Source of the DNA: Perna viridis
Lineage: Eukaryota
Length of the DNA: 64,000 nucleotides
Direction: 5' to 3'
Assembly: GCA_037379345.1 (NCBI GenBank)
Contig: CM074518.1
Coordinates: 5,518,001-5,582,000 of the forward strand
The stretch's first letter is position 1. The number at the start of each line of letters is the position of its first letter. Below are positions 37,752 through 53,024 of this stretch, piece after piece. The notes beneath the pieces are model-generated. The model was not told the origin of the DNA. It searched no databases and was given only the letters and a program-made list of their open reading frames with translations. The position numbers and the translations under genes are program-made.

Positions 37752-40700
37752 CTGTGCAAAAACAGAACTGGTCAGTAAATAAAACAAGCTGATAATTACA
37801 AGCCATGCAAATATGTTAATATATTCATCATTTGTCTAAAATTCAGAACTTGTGGTGGCGCTAAACATCTGTTTTTTAAATCATGATGGTAACCTTATGC
37901 TGCATCTGCCAATTAACTTTAACAGATATTTGAAATAAAAACACCTGATATTGAAGAAACATAGTAATATATTTGATCACCATATTTAATGTATTATAAA
38001 AAACTTTTTTTCTATCCAATTAAAAAAAAATATATAAAATCAATGAAAAAAAAAATAGCAAAAACAAAACTATTTTGCACTTTAAACAAATTGACCTGCA
38101 GCATCAATTACACAACCCTAACATGCAGGAACACAACTAATTACGAGAGCAATATACTTTTTAAAAAGTGCAAATCATAGAAAAATATTGCGGATGAGAG
38201 ATGTAATGAAATTATCATGAGCTGTCAATATACTATATGTACTTGATAAATCTCTTTCACTTGAAAAAATAATGTCTTAAGTACAGCGTCATCTCAGATT
38301 CATATTGAATCGGGAAGTTACATGAAATACTAGTAGTAGAGAAGTCTAAAATTACAAGTGAAACTTGATAACTCAGAAATCAGTGAAAAACCCTTTCCAT
38401 TCTGATCTGTAAATTGATGTGATTCACACCTTCATATGATAGTATCAGTAAAGCTAAATATAATCTTTGGTCACAGCACATTTGCAAATGCAATTTTAGA
38501 TATGATCTGTTGATATTTCTTTTTATTTTAATTGCAAGGCTGACTCAATAACATAAAAATATATTAAATAACTCTTAAACCTTAGAGTTAATTTTGGGGT
38601 ACATATCCAGAAAAAAAGAACAAGATAAGGCAAAAGATCTAGGTTTAGTTCTACAATGAATATTATAGACATTAAATCTGAAGCAGAAAATTCATCAAGT
38701 TACAGATCAACAGGAATGGAGTATCTACAGATAACACTAGTACTATGTATAATCAGGACAAAAGCAACAGGCAACATGTCTACTGAATCTACAGTTGTCA
38801 TGGTAACAACCTTTACCCCTATCTCCTTCTCATGCTCATGCAACTTCAGTCCTTAAACAACTTCCATATACATAAAGTACTGACAAAGTACTGATACAGT
38901 GATAGACATGCAGCATTGTGACTATAACAATGAACCAAGAATATCTCAGTATTTCAGTAATGTTTATGTAAAGATTCACTTGGTTAACACCAAGGGACCA
39001 TTTATTATCAGTATAGTCACCTTTACTTAGAGCTAACTGAATTCTGTATTGGTTTAAAAAAACAAACAAAAACAAACAAAAATAAAACCCCACAAGATTC
39101 CATGTCAACACTGCAAAGGTAAAAGACATGTCAGAATCTCGTGTAAGCAAAAAAATCTTTTCTCTTTTTAAAACAAGTTACTGCCAGGAACTATTGTCAA
39201 GTTTCAGAAGAAATTCTTCAAAGCATTGTTTCTAATGATTTTGAAAATGCAGGTTAGCTAATCTGAAATTTTCCACCTTAATCATATTGTCAGTTAAGGA
39301 CACTACTGGACCTTTCAAATAGGAAACAGTCATGCACAAATCATTTACAATAAATAATGACCAAGGTTCATTCTTATGAAAGAGTGGCGAAAAAAATTAT
39401 ACAGAAGCCTAAAATTCAGGGATGATTTTATGAGGACATCACACAAAACAGAAGTTGGTAAAATTGGAAATTAAAAAACAGTTAAATGGAACCACAACAG
39501 TAAAATCTGGATTTCAGTTAGCAGAATTCCGCAAAAAAAGTAATCCCTGAGAAATAAAGCTGTATTAAAACTCAACACATTTAGTGATAAATTTATATTA
39601 CTTACACAAATAAAAAAAACAAAACACTATTGTGACATATGATGTACTGTTTTTATTTTATTCAGCGAAGATATAATTAAACCTTCTGGGTAAAAGAAGG
39701 AAATGATTTTTATGAACGTTGGCCACAAGACAATGAAAATGTTACAGAGTGATAGTTATACAATAAAAGCTATAAAAAAACTAGAGTTATTTATAGTAAC
39801 ACTGGTGACACACTTACACTATCTGTACTTCCTTCAAACATCTACAATGCAAAACTTTGTAGTTAGTGGTCAAAGGGAGATAGCACAATGAAAACAGGGG
39901 AGATCATCCAAATGATTGGTCATGACTGTTATTGTCTTCAAACAACACACAAAAAGAAACAGCCAAATCATTAGAAGTGATGGAATACACAATTATCAAG
40001 AAAGTCATGAAACACTTCTTTGTCAAAACAGAATTCCAAACAAAACATGATTGTTAGAGAGAAAGCCATGCTTGATGTTTCTAAGATGTAGATCTTTTAA
40101 AACGAAGATGGGGAGTTATAGAGTCATCTTTAATTACCAAAATTATAATCTAAAATGTAACCCTGGCTGAAAATATGACTTACATATATTACTATAACAC
40201 ACAGACTTGACCTCTGAAACCTTTTCTAGGTATAACATAGAAAGATTTATTCACAAGCAAAACAAGTCATAAACAAGCCATGTAGCACCTGAAAACCTTC
40301 ACAGACCTAAATAAACTGCCATGGTTATGATAAGAAACAGGAGTGTTTGTATCCAGTCATGTTTTTGGGTAACAACTTTGATTAGTTAAACATTCATAAT
40401 CATGTAACCACACAAACCAAAACTATGTCATGATATTTACACGGCTGATTCATACCAACAGCTTTTAAAACTTTGTGAAAATACAAGATTTCAAATCCAT
40501 TTACCTGATTACAGAAAGTTCCAAATGATCAAGATAAATGTAATCTCTTAATTCAATAAAATCAGGGTAGAATTATAAGAAAAATGTCAGTGTACACCAG
40601 CCAATGGGTACTGTGAAACAAGCCAATGGGTGAGGTATTTGGAAATCTTGGCACATAAACTGCTGACTCAACTGTTTATTTCTACTTTAGTAAAGCCAAA

Positions 40701-43700
40701 ATCATGAATAAAAAGATGATCAAAACCATTATTTTCTATCCCTATACAATGTAATAGGTTATTTTTACTAAGATTTTATGAGATAATTTGTAGACAGGTG
40801 TGCAACATACCTGTAAAGGTACAAACACCTGTATGTTTAATGTAAAAAAAATACATCAATTAGTCTGTAAATGTCAAAATATATCCTGTAAGAAGTCAGC
40901 GATATGAACATAAATGGAAAAGAAGCAAGAAACCAACTTCAAATGGTTTACTGGGTACTTAATGGTACCTGACAACTATCTAACATCCCTGGTATTGGTA
41001 ACACATTCTAAAGTGATAAATCATAAGGTGAGGATGATAAGATTATACTCAATTACACGAAAATTCAGTGGTTCCAGAATGCACAACATAACTTAAAAAA
41101 TCAAACATATTTATATTGGTATCAATGAAAAACCAGTGGTATAAAAACAGTCAAAGCATTTTATGATATATGAAGTGAAACATGACATGAAAAGTTAAAA
41201 CCAGCTCTATACAAAAACCAAGTCATACAATAGACATGAAAACAAAGACAGTAAAATCAATACAGAATCAGCTGACTAGATCAATGACTGGGTATGAATC
41301 AGCTGGGATGGGATGTAAACATTCATTGATTATATTATGTCAGATCTGACCTGCAAGATCCTTTGGTCTCATAAACAAAGGAGGAAGGCCTAGGCGATCC
41401 CAGTTCAGGATACAGAAACTAAGGGGTGTTCAGAAGGGACCCCCGTCACATACCAGGGATCAATCATGTCCCTATAATCTCCATGATCCAGCTATGGTTT
41501 TGTATCACATACATCATGTGTCATTGAACTAAACTCTCTTAAAAGCGAAAGTTTAGACCTTGGGCTCTTAAAAAGACCATATACATCCATAGCCAGTATA
41601 TCCAGGGGAATACCTTGTGGTCTCCAGTAAAAAAGGAGTATAAGAAGCCTACACAAAGGCATTATAACAGCTGAAACCCATCAAATTAAATTTTATCATA
41701 TATGATAACATTATATAATACTAAGCTGTAGGCCCAGCAATTAATTTGTGAAAAATATATGTGCATATATAAAAACTAAAATTGGCCAATACTAAGTCAC
41801 ATGATTATTATGAATAACAGACACTATACACTATTGAGTCAGCATAGACCCCAGGGTTGAGATATAAACTACAATTGATGTGGATCAGGATTTCAGTGTA
41901 CAACTTTCCACAGATATACAAGCAATGCTGGATCATTTATCCATGAAACTCATAAAAATAATCAGGGGTCACCTACAGGGACCAGCTTATATATCTCATG
42001 AAAAATGTAAATAGAAGAATCTGTATGACCATTTATCACTCCCAGAGAGATCATCAAACCATCAAATAATTTGCCATACATACCAGATTAAAATGACCAA
42101 GTCCTATCAATGTACCATAAAACTAATGTACAATTAATCTTGGACAGACCTTGGTGGAGGGTCAGGACCCCATAAAACAAAGGTTTAATTAGCCCATCAC
42201 TAGAAAGATATGAGTGGTACATTACAAACCTAGGGAGGAATGATGAACTATAGTTTCTCAACATTAATCATGTGTAATTGGGAAAGTCTGATGCTTTATT
42301 ACATGTACTTAAATATAATATTAAATGTAGTTAAATTGAAGAACATTGAGAAAATGTAATTACACAATTATTTGTCCTTTAAACTGACTTTAAATGCAAG
42401 GAAACAAAGAAAAATACTGACAATTTGTGAAGACAAAAACAAACCTGAACTGTTTTCTGAATTGCACTCATCCTTTCACACACATATGAACAAACTGACA
42501 TACAAAACCACTGTAATACAGCTGTTATGTGGAGATCACTATAGGGGTTCACTACAGGGTAATCAAATGTCAAATAATCAATCAGCTGACTTTTCTCTGA
42601 ATTGTCAATCACTTGTCTACACTAAATAAATTCTAATGTATAACAAATATTCAGTCAGATAAAAGAAACTATTTCCTGTCTCTTTACAGCTAGCTAAATC
42701 AATTGCCTTCAAATTGATCATTATGGGGGTAACCTGAGGGGAAATTTAAACTTGACTCAGACTACACATTCCATTGAAATAATTACTGGTTTTATATGGG
42801 TGGTTGGCCAAAGTATTCGACCTTACACAGGATACTTTAATTGAAGGAGATTTAAAAGAAAATATACACCTCAAGTGAACTGTCTTCTACACCCCCATAC
42901 CTTGTTAGTCAATTAGCATTAATAAAATTAATATTCATCATATTTGTGGTAATGAGACAATTTATTATGGAAACGACACCTTAGATGTACATAAAGTGGA
43001 AATATTAAGAATTAAATACACAAGAGGTAGGGATTTAAAACAATAATGTAAACCTTGATGAATAAATATGTAATATTTTTTTTTTAAAAAGTCTGGCCTT
43101 ACAATAAATTAGCCCAGAAGACCACCCCCATTAATGGTTAGTACTTAACATAGGTAATTTAAAATCAAAAGCACTTTCAGTAGGATAGTATTAAACAAAA
43201 ATAACAAACAATAAAATTTTCACAATTTTCCATTTTTTTAACCCAGTCAGTAACACAATAGTTAATTCACATAAACATTTATTTTTTACTACAACAAAAT
43301 AGTGTTCAACTTAACCCAATCTGACCAAATAATCTGATTCCTGAACTGTAAGACATCAGGGTGAGAATACATGACCATCTTTTATACTTCCATTACAATT
43401 TCTAAGAAACATCACTGAATGCAAAAGTATCAAGAGAAGTGATTTCATATGATACAACTATGAAACAAGGCAGAAAATATCCTCAAACCTGGAAATAGGG
43501 AAGCAAGTACACACTAAAACCTTCTAAGTACCTACCACACAGACTGACAGACAATGTACAAAAGTTAGTATGTGGTGTTAATAGATCTACATGATGTGTG
43601 ATATTAATTCAAGTGATCTATAAAACTAATCTGCCAGAGATAGTCAGAATAAGAGATCAACTAAATTAGGTTAAAGTTACATGACAATTAGAGTGACAAA

Positions 43701-46423
43701 CAAAAGGATCTCTGATGATAAAGAAAACCTACAGAAAACATGAATATGTTACATGTACATGTATATGTTATGGGATGCAGGGTTTATACTGATAAAATAG
43801 AAAAGAACACAGAAATTTTTCAGATGAATAATACAACTTTGAATCAAGAGATTCCAGAGCTCCCTGTGTCTGATAGATAAGAGTTACCTCCCATTCTTAA
43901 CAAATAATTGTTATGGTTTCATTACATCATGAAAGTATATTATCTAGGTATTACACCTCAGTGTCAATATAAATCATAATCCTGCTTTCAATACCTACCC
44001 TAAAATGTCAAGATTCAATGCTTAAAGACTTTCTCTAAGTGCTTTCCTGAGATTTGCCCACACCAATCGTTTCCAATTATTCTATAAATAAAGGGAGATA
44101 ACTACCATATCTATACATAACAAGGAAAAGAAAGAATACAGATAAAAAATTTGAAAGCAGTCAAATCAGAATAAGACAAATTTAAATAAAATTACATGTT
44201 TCTAAGTTTCATGGATACCTTTAAGTTTTATTTCTTTAAACATACAGAATTTTAAAAAGGAATACTTTATATCAAAATTATTCTTCGCATATTGCACATT
44301 CTGCTTAGCAGAGATTGGAGATCAATAATAAACAGCAGAAATATCACTAAAGTATTCATTGAAGACATATCAATTTAATTAGACATTTTAGTACTTTTTT
44401 GGTGATGGCATAATAAAAATGAGCTCTATTCTGATCTAACTGCAAACATATCTGATTGAGGACAAACCTTTTTGCTGGAATGGACAGGAGAATCATTGCT
44501 GTCTTGTGAATCCTAGAAACAACAAACATGCTTGCACTAAAAACCCTGAGGATAACCAAATGGCAACAGACATTTGTCACTGCATGTTCCTTTCTTCATA
44601 ACATTTTAAACAAGTTAATTAGCATGGAAAATCCTCTATTATAAAGTAACTGAACTTCCTAAAACAGTTACCATCAAAACAAAGATTTCTCAAATTTCAC
44701 AGAAATATGATATGCTTTGTTTCAAGTCCATCTATAGAAAACAAAATCATTTATGGACTGACCAGTGTTAGTAACATAATGCAGCTATAGAAACAAGATG
44801 CTTAATGATAGAACAAGATGCTATTCTTTCCAAAAACAACACAAAAAAAGAATCTGAATTCTAAAATCAAATACACTAATCTACTAATGATAGCTTTGAT
44901 ATGAGGTACAGTGTACATGTCATGTACTCTCTAATTAGTTACTGTACAATGTAAACACATTTCAGGGTATATCAGGACAGTGACTGTGTTTTCCCATGAA
45001 AAGTAGGGTAGGTTAATTGAAAAATGAAACCACCATCTACAGAATTTTCAGCAAGTATATATAAATTATTTAAAATTATAATAAAATACTTCAATAATTG
45101 ACAAGAAATTATTTAACCAAAATAGATACAAATGTACAAACCATTCTGATGAAAGATTTCCTGTTAAGTACAAGCTACAAGGAAATGTCAGCCCTTAAGA
45201 TTAAAATATCTCTCTGACTAGGCTACATCCTGTAGTAGCTGACTGGACCAATTATTATATACCCTTAATTAACATGCTAAGTACTGGGTGTTTATCATGG
45301 CTCATATTTACTTGTCAAAGACAGCTTTGATTGCATGTGACAATTACTGTAACAAAACAGAACATGGAGGAAGTAATGAACTTTTTAAACTACAGATTTA
45401 TTTAAGAATCTGTCTGCCAATATTATAATGATGATACATTGAGCATTTATGTTTTTATTTTTTTAATTTTTTTAAATCTTATTTGGTGTTCCACTGATAT
45501 AAATACACTTTGATTTTTAGTTAAACTTAACTGCAATATTCTCATACCCTAAAATGAACCATTACTCTGTTTCAATACAATTACCCAGAATGTGTCTGGC
45601 AATTAAGTGGTGCTGAATTCATAATGAATTTCAGTCAATACTAAACAGATACTGGTGAACCAGATTAACATTTCAATTACTTAACTTTTTGTGTATCCAG
45701 ATCATAGATAAGACATTACTTAACACAAACTTATTATCATCCTGAAACTTGTTGTAAGTCATCTATTGACAAAAAGAAATCAGAAGAATTTTATCTTCTA
45801 TCTCCAAATCTACCAGGTGTTACAGATACACTACCTATCATGATACAGACAAATCTTGGGATTGTGGGAGGATGACTAAGTTCTATACTACAGATTTTGT
45901 AACATATTGGTCAATACATATGTATATAAGTCTTTAATGTTAATTAGTTCCAAGAACTAACCTTCTCAAATAAACCAAATGTAATGTCTAAAATTTTTCA
46001 CAAACCTTAACAAAAGTCTTTGTCAAGAACAAAGTAGGAAATGTTATGTAACAGCATTTATTTTTTTTTCTAATACTCTAGATCATCATCACTCTATTAC
46101 GACTTAAGTATTTACTATTTTTTATAGGATGATGCGTTTCACCATATCAGTTCCTTTTTCTAATATATTGGATATCAACATAAACAAAACATCTTAAAGT
46201 TCCTGTGTTCACAATCATTCACCTGTAAAGTTAACAATTACACATTACTGATTTAAATTAAGACACCTTATTTTCTTAGTAGTTTCAACAATAAACTAAT
46301 ACATTTGTATGTGGAGTTATCTCCCTTTGTCCACATATTCACTTGTATGAGTAACTAGAACTTTAATTTTGCATGTTGAACTACTAAAAAAACATAAGTG
46401 TTTTGTTAAGTTTGAACTCTGAC

Positions 46424-48205
46424 CTTCCTTGACTTTGGTTTTGGAGCTTCTTCAGCTTTCTTTGCTTGTTCTTGAATGGCCTTGAACTTCTGAACCATGG
46501 ATTTAGCAGCATCTTTTTCTGGTAATTCTTCAGCAATATCACCATCACCCTCACGGACAACACCTACTAAGTGTTGTGGTTTGTTTTCATACACACCTCC
46601 ATAACCTTTTTGTTCTTGGTATTGACCTGGTAAATCGCTGGGTTTAACACTGCTATCAACACCAGCTGGAGACTTTGGAGACATAGGATAATCACGAGGT
46701 GGAGTAAAATCTCTCTGTTTTCTTTCAGGGGTGGAGTTGCCGCTCTTGGACTCCATTTGTTTCCATTTTGAAACCATATTTTTAGCATAACCTTCTTCTG
46801 GGAATTCTACATCACCAGCTGAGTAGTTTTCCTCCCTAGCAACATCATCTCTCTTCAAAGGAGTGCTTTCTAATACTCCACTCTCCGCCTGACGGACCTC
46901 TACTTGCAATGAAGGTTTAGGAGTATTTTCAAACACACCTCCTTCTGGTGGAGGTGTAAACTCTTTCTTGCCTCTGGAAGAAGCAGGAGCACTCTGTTGG
47001 TATTGTTTAAACTTATTGGCAATATCTTTAGCCATGCCCCTTACTGGCATTTCTTCCTCCTTTAACTCTATTCCTTCTGAGGCCTTGACAATATCTCCTC
47101 TTTCAGCAGGTGTACTCTCAAGAACACCAACTACTGTAGTACCAGCAATATCAGTTCTAGGTGGGGTAACCTCTTTAAACCTTGGCTTTGGTGATGATGG
47201 TGATGGAGACTTAGAGGATTCAATCTCACGAAATTTGGCAGCAATATTTTTAGCTGATCCTCTCTCTGGTAATATGTCTTCAAGTTGCATATCAGATTTG
47301 ACAATTTCTTCCTTATCTTCTGGTCGACTTTCAAATACTCCAACTTCTGACTTGCCCTCATACTTAGGCAGAACAGACCTTGGTTCACTGACGTATTCTA
47401 CTTTACCAGTTTTATCTGGAGTTAACTCCCTTTTCCTCTCTGATGCCTTTGGAGAGGCAGCTTGATCACTAATTTCCTTGTAACGAGAGACCAAGTTTCT
47501 GGCTGTTCCTTTCTCAGGAAGGACTTCCTCATTAGACATACCAGACCTAATAATATCCGGCAGGTCACCAGCTGGCTGACTTTCAAATACCCCCGACTCT
47601 ACTTTACCCTCATATTTCTCCAGTACAGCTCGAGGTTCACTAACATACTCATACTTGGTATTACGATCAGGGGTGAGTTCTCGCCGCTGAGGTGTTGATT
47701 CCCCAGAAGTAGTTCCTATCTGTTTGAACTTTTCCAGGATATTTTTAGCGTATCCTTTCTCAGGCAAAGCTTCCTCTACAGTATCATAAGAGTGAACAAC
47801 ATCTTCCTCCTGGACAGGTTGGTTCTCAAAAACACCGCCTTCAATTTTCTGAGCTTCGATTTCGATGCCAGGTTTTGGTTCACTGACATATTCAACTTTC
47901 CCAGTGGCTCGTACTTCTGGTGGTGTTATCTCCCGTTTGAACATTTTAGGTGTTGTTTCAATTTGTTTGAATTTTTCTAGAATATTCTTAGCTGTTCCAA
48001 CCTCAGGAAGCTCAGCACCAATGTCTTTGTCACTCTCTCGCACAACATCTGGATTTCTTACTGGTTCATTCTCATACTCCCCACCTTCTGCATCAGCAAT
48101 TTCTTCGTGGACTGACTTCTTTCTCTCTCGGTAAATTACATCTTCATCCTCTGCTTTGTTTGATTCTAATTTGTTTTTGATATTGGACATCTGATCAAAG
48201 CTGAC
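46424..48205 (-). CDS. LIM protein, 1782-nt repeat exon
   Basis: Boundaries ttgcag|GTC AGC...AGG AAG|gtcaga. 594 codons, phase 0-0, with repeated GxxExxP...LPExGxA+NxxxKFKxI...+ExTP units. Confidence 0.9.
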
Positions 48206-49344
48206 CTGCAATAAAATAATACATTCTTGAAATTTTAGTGTGAATAAAAAATCTTACTGTTGTTCATTTCATAAAACATGCACAGAATGCTATTATGTAC
48301 TTTTTTAAATTTATACACATAATGAACTCTCAAATGCATACTTTTCTCAAATTCACTGAAACAAACATTCAGTGATAATAATGAAAATAAAGCACAAAGT
48401 AGAATAAACTGCAGTATAAGGCAAAACTTGACACCTAGTCCTCAAATTTGGGTAAAACAGTTTCAGGTTGCATATACAAAAGTGTGACAGACAGACAGGG
48501 CAAAAACAACATTCTTCTGACCAAGTGGAGGAAAGTTAAACAAACATCAGTACATATTATCTTGATACATAAACTAACTCCAGTCTATTATACCTTACTA
48601 CCATACAAAGTGACCCAACAGAAAACTTAAAAAATCAATAAATAATTAAAAAAAAAAAAGATCTGCCAGACAACTACTTTTTATTGTGTAGCAGATTTCT
48701 TTTACATACACTTTAGACTGATATCTTTTCTTTCATTGAGGCTGCATGCTTTCATTGACTTTTCATACCAGCTTTATTATTTATGTATATCTATTAAATA
48801 GTTTTCAACCAGATAATACACTGTAGTAAAATATAGAAATGGTTCAAAAACAGGCAACTAGAAAATACATGACATGATTAAAACACAGCAAAGAACTTAA
48901 TAACAAAGATGTGGCATACACATACTTTTTCATTGACAAGTTCTATACTATGTAAACTGAGTGAATCAAATACTGGTCAAACATAGGGTAACATAGCTTA
49001 GAATTAAAATACAAATAAAAATAATGGCCAAATGGTTCCAATCACAAGCCCCAGAATCAATCCTAGTCTCCCTTCAGGGGAATGACACTTAGCACAACAT
49101 CAATGTGATTTACTCATTTATAGTCAAGTTATTATCCAGACAACAGCTCTACCAACAATCACCAAAATCAATCCTAACCTTCCTTTGGCGATAACCTGTG
49201 GTACAATCTCATAAAGATGTAGGGATACTGTCTGGACAAGAACATTCTATGGATGAATATTTAAATGGAAGCATGATATCATAATGTAACCAGATTTCTA
49301 CAGTTGTATGACAATTCTTGCTATATTTGGTCAATTGTCCACTT

Positions 49345-49536
49345 CTCCAGTAATAACAGAACCCCCCCTGACTCCAGTAATAACAGAACCCCCCTGACTC
49401 CAGTAATAACAGAACCCCCCCTGACTCCAGTAATAACAGAACCCCCCTGACTCCAGTAATAACAGAACTCCCCTGACTCCAGTAATAACAGAACCCCCCC
49501 CCCCCTGACTCCAGTAATAACAGAACCCCCCTGACT
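49345..49536 (+). repeat. minisatellite, 7 x ~26-32 bp (ctccagtaataacagaa-Cn-tga)
   Basis: Units are directly visible and differ almost only in C-run length. Confidence 0.95.
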
Positions 49537-49689
49537 GCTTGCTAAATTCAATTTGGACTTATACAATGGGCTATTAACTCTGAGAAACATAACAGTAGGT
49601 TAACACTCCCCGATTGTTTTTTTTTAACGTTGACTCGTGGAGACTCAATTCTAATAATGTAAAGTTTGTTCCACAGTATAATACTGTAC

Positions 49690-49757
49690 CTCCTCTTTCT
49701 CCTGTGTCTCTCTGTAAACTTCATTGTCCAGTCCATTCTCAACCACTACTCCATCAC
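49690..49757 (-). CDS. LIM protein, 68-nt exon
   Basis: Boundaries ttttcag|GT GAT GGA...GAG GAG|gtacag. DGVVVENGLDNEVYRETQEKEE, phase 1-0. Confidence 0.8.
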
Positions 49758-49814
49758 CTGAAAATAGATTGTATTGAACATTTGTTATGATTTCTAGTCT
49801 CATTGACTGTTTCA

Positions 49815-50180
49815 ATACCAGTCTTGTATTTATATTCCCATATAGTATAGACTTCTACAAGAAGTGCATATTTTTAAGATTTAGAAAAAAATATGTAAAT
49901 TGACTCAATGTAACTTTTACTTACATAGCATTTCTAAGGACATGCCGAAAACTAATCTTCGGCAAAAAAGGAAGATGAGTCCATGAGGATCAGAAAAAAA
50001 AAGAAGTCTTTAACTATAAATACTTGTTTTCTATACTTTACCTTTCGTTTTGCACTCATCAAACCAACCTTTTCAGAGGAACATTTTTATGTTATAATGG
50101 TGAATTTTCTTAACAGAAAACTTGTCATCTTATAGTGTTATGTTTGCTCTATTTTATAAGTTATTGTTGACATTTTTTGC
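49815..50180. mobile_element. partial, diverged copy of the 466-bp MITE
   Basis: Shares atagacttctac, gcatttctaaggacatg and tttcgttttgcactcatcaaaccaaccttttcag. Confidence 0.8.
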
Positions 50181-51381
50181 TTTACTCTCAGTTAGGAGAT
50201 ATCTTATAATTTACAAGTTCTTATTCATGTTAAATGCCACTCAAGGTCACCACAACATTCACCAAGGTATTTTTCAAGGACTAAATTCTGATTTTACCAA
50301 TAATTCAATCATTAAATTTGGTGAAAAATAAAATCCTCTATTTACACACCAATGTTAACTGTCCTTCACCTTCTTCACGAAAAAGAAGATAACTTGTTAA
50401 ACTAATTAAGGAGGTGGATGCATCTTGTCTTCATAGCTTTGATAACAACTTGAAAGCTAAATACCAATCTACAATTCATGTCACAAAGGGTACCAAGCAG
50501 CAAAACAAAACATGGAGTATGTAACGAAGCTATTATTTCTACTCCCACTTGTACAGGAAGTTTAAATCACACAGCAAACAAAGTCCACAACCCACATCTT
50601 CATTAAGCAACATAAATCTTACAGTGGGAGCAAGATTTTTGGTGATCATATTTTCCTCTATCATTCCAAATAGTGAAGAAAATTCCACAAAACAGAAAGT
50701 TGATGTCTGACAGCAACCAAAAACACTTACATAAACAAATGGCCCGTCAATAAAAGCATCATAGCAACTTTGAAATTAATCTGTCCAGTGGGAGTCAAGA
50801 TCTTCGTGAGAAAAATGTTGATGGACAGATGAACAAGGTGATACAACATTTTCAAATACACCCTAATGTTAGTGAGGACTTAGTAAGTAGTATTACATTT
50901 ATTAAACATCAGTGACCATTAGATATTAATATAACAAAATAAGTAACAAAGGGGCAACATCTAAGACAACTTATTTCAATAACATCAGTAATAAAATCTA
51001 TAATTACCATGAAATTATCTATCATGGCAGCTAAATCTCTAAAAAAAAATTATTTTGGATGAATGCTAATAAAAAATGCCACATTCATCATTGCATTAAT
51101 TTTGTATCAACTCTACATAAAGAAGATGCAAAACACAATTTAAACATTATGTAACACCATGCACTGTACATTTGTTTTCATGTAAAATGCAATGTACATC
51201 AGCAAATTTATATATACATTTATATACTCCTGTTACACAGTAATCTGCGGCTAAGTTTTTTTCTAATAAACAATAAAACAGCAACCATCAGAACCAGCAC
51301 CAGTAATCAATTCATCCTTTAAGCAAGATCTGATTCCAAAATGAAACTTATCAACATATTTATGATACCATTGCAAATTAA

Positions 51382-51749
51382 ACTTTTCCTTCATGATATT
51401 TGACTGAAATGTCATATTGTAACACAAGTGATTCCAACCAAAAATCAAAATGTTCTAGCTTTTTCATATTTAATCCAAAAAAGCTCAGATTGTCTTGTCA
51501 GCAAGGGGCTAGCACCTCTTTTAACCCCCAAATAGAGAAGGTACATCCCTCCTCTGGGACCCCACTGCAGGATTTATTTTTGGTCCCTAACCACGCTGAA
51601 AAATTGTCATTTTTTGTAAGCATTTCAAGTCAAATTATCTAAAAAAAAACTGTAGAGAAATTTATGGTTTAAGCCCTCTACAAGCGGTAGAAAAAGTGAA
51701 AATGTTTTCAAAAAAATGCCATCAAAAGGCATCATCATGAAGGAAAGGG
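51382..51749. mobile_element. piggyBac-like MITE (TTAA)
   Basis: ttaa|ACTTTTCCTTCATGAT ... ATCATGAAGGAAAGGG|ttaa. Confidence 0.7.
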
Positions 51750-52954
51750 TTAACATTACAGGAAATCAAACTAGCTAACATCATGTCAACATACCAGCAT
51801 TAGCTCACCATTGTAACCAACTGATTAATAGTTATTACATTACTATATTTTGTTAATATACTGATTCCATTATTGGAACTATAAGATGACCAGATGTAAC
51901 TTATTAGTCAGATATAAATGACCAGTATGAAGAAGATTCCTGATTCCATCACTGTTAAAAGAATGAATATAATCTAATCCATACAAATGGAAACACCACA
52001 TCAATTCAAGTAACCATGGTTTACTATTAACATATTACATATACTACTGATGGACAATTAAAGAATTTGCCAAGCAGGAAGTAAATTACTTTTATATACT
52101 GCACCCAGCTGGTCTTTTTCATCTGAGTAAAATTGAGTACTCATAGCCAAAGAAAAACAACATTAATTTACATAAAAGCATCAATTGTTGAAATACAATA
52201 ATGACTTTCTAATAACAACTATCCCAAGTTGCATCATAAAACTATATTGAGTTCCCTGCTTACAACAGTACCGCAGCCCACTTCTCTTCCCCTAGACCAT
52301 TACTTTACTTACAACAATATACAAGTACTAAGTGTGTCTATTAAACAGTCTACCACATACAAACTATTTATTGACCAGTAAAATGTGATCAAACAAATAC
52401 CAGGTAAGTCAATTAAATAGACCCTACCTTTCGTTATATATGTAGTATCACCTTCCTTAAAACGGTGTACATAGCTATTATACCATGATGACTTTCTCAC
52501 TTCTTTCGGCATTTCTGAGATTTGCATATCACCCTAGTTTTTATACAGTAGAAAACATATCCAATAAATTCCTACACTGCTGTCTTTTTAAAACTTCTTG
52601 TGTCAATAGTGATCTTTATCGTAAATCTTAATTGTGACGACAAAATACTGTTCAAAGTACAATTTCAACCTTTTCTCCTTTTGGAAAGATTTCATTTTAA
52701 AACATTCCACTGTTTTTTCCCTCCATTAGTTCATTGTTGGAAAGATCATAAAAAAAAATTATGTAACTGTCATTTAATCTTCTGAATTCCTGATAATATA
52801 AGGTGGTCTAGACCTGATTAAATCAAGGTTCTAGATATATACAATGGATTCTCAAAAAGAAGGAAACAAAAACTCAAAAACAATCTATACACAAGAAATT
52901 GGCTGTTGTTTAAGTCTCTAACTTCACTGAGAAACAGTGACTGATGCTAAAATC

Positions 52955-53024
52955 TCCAGATATCCTCCTATGGTAAAGGTGTTATAGTATCCAGATATCC
53001 TCCTATGGTAAAGGTGTTATAGTA
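52955..53024 (+). repeat. perfect 2 x 35-bp direct repeat
   Basis: tccagatatcctcctatggtaaaggtgttatagta twice. Confidence 0.9.

Noticed and set aside
38811-38851. Possible small exon in LIM intron
   Set aside because: In the required phase 0 it reads GAC TGA, and the donor (gttgtt) is weak.
46567-48134. Several overlapping and antisense ORFs over the large LIM exon (likewise 61097-61453, 58141-58661)
   Set aside because: Shadow frames of real coding exons with no independent support.
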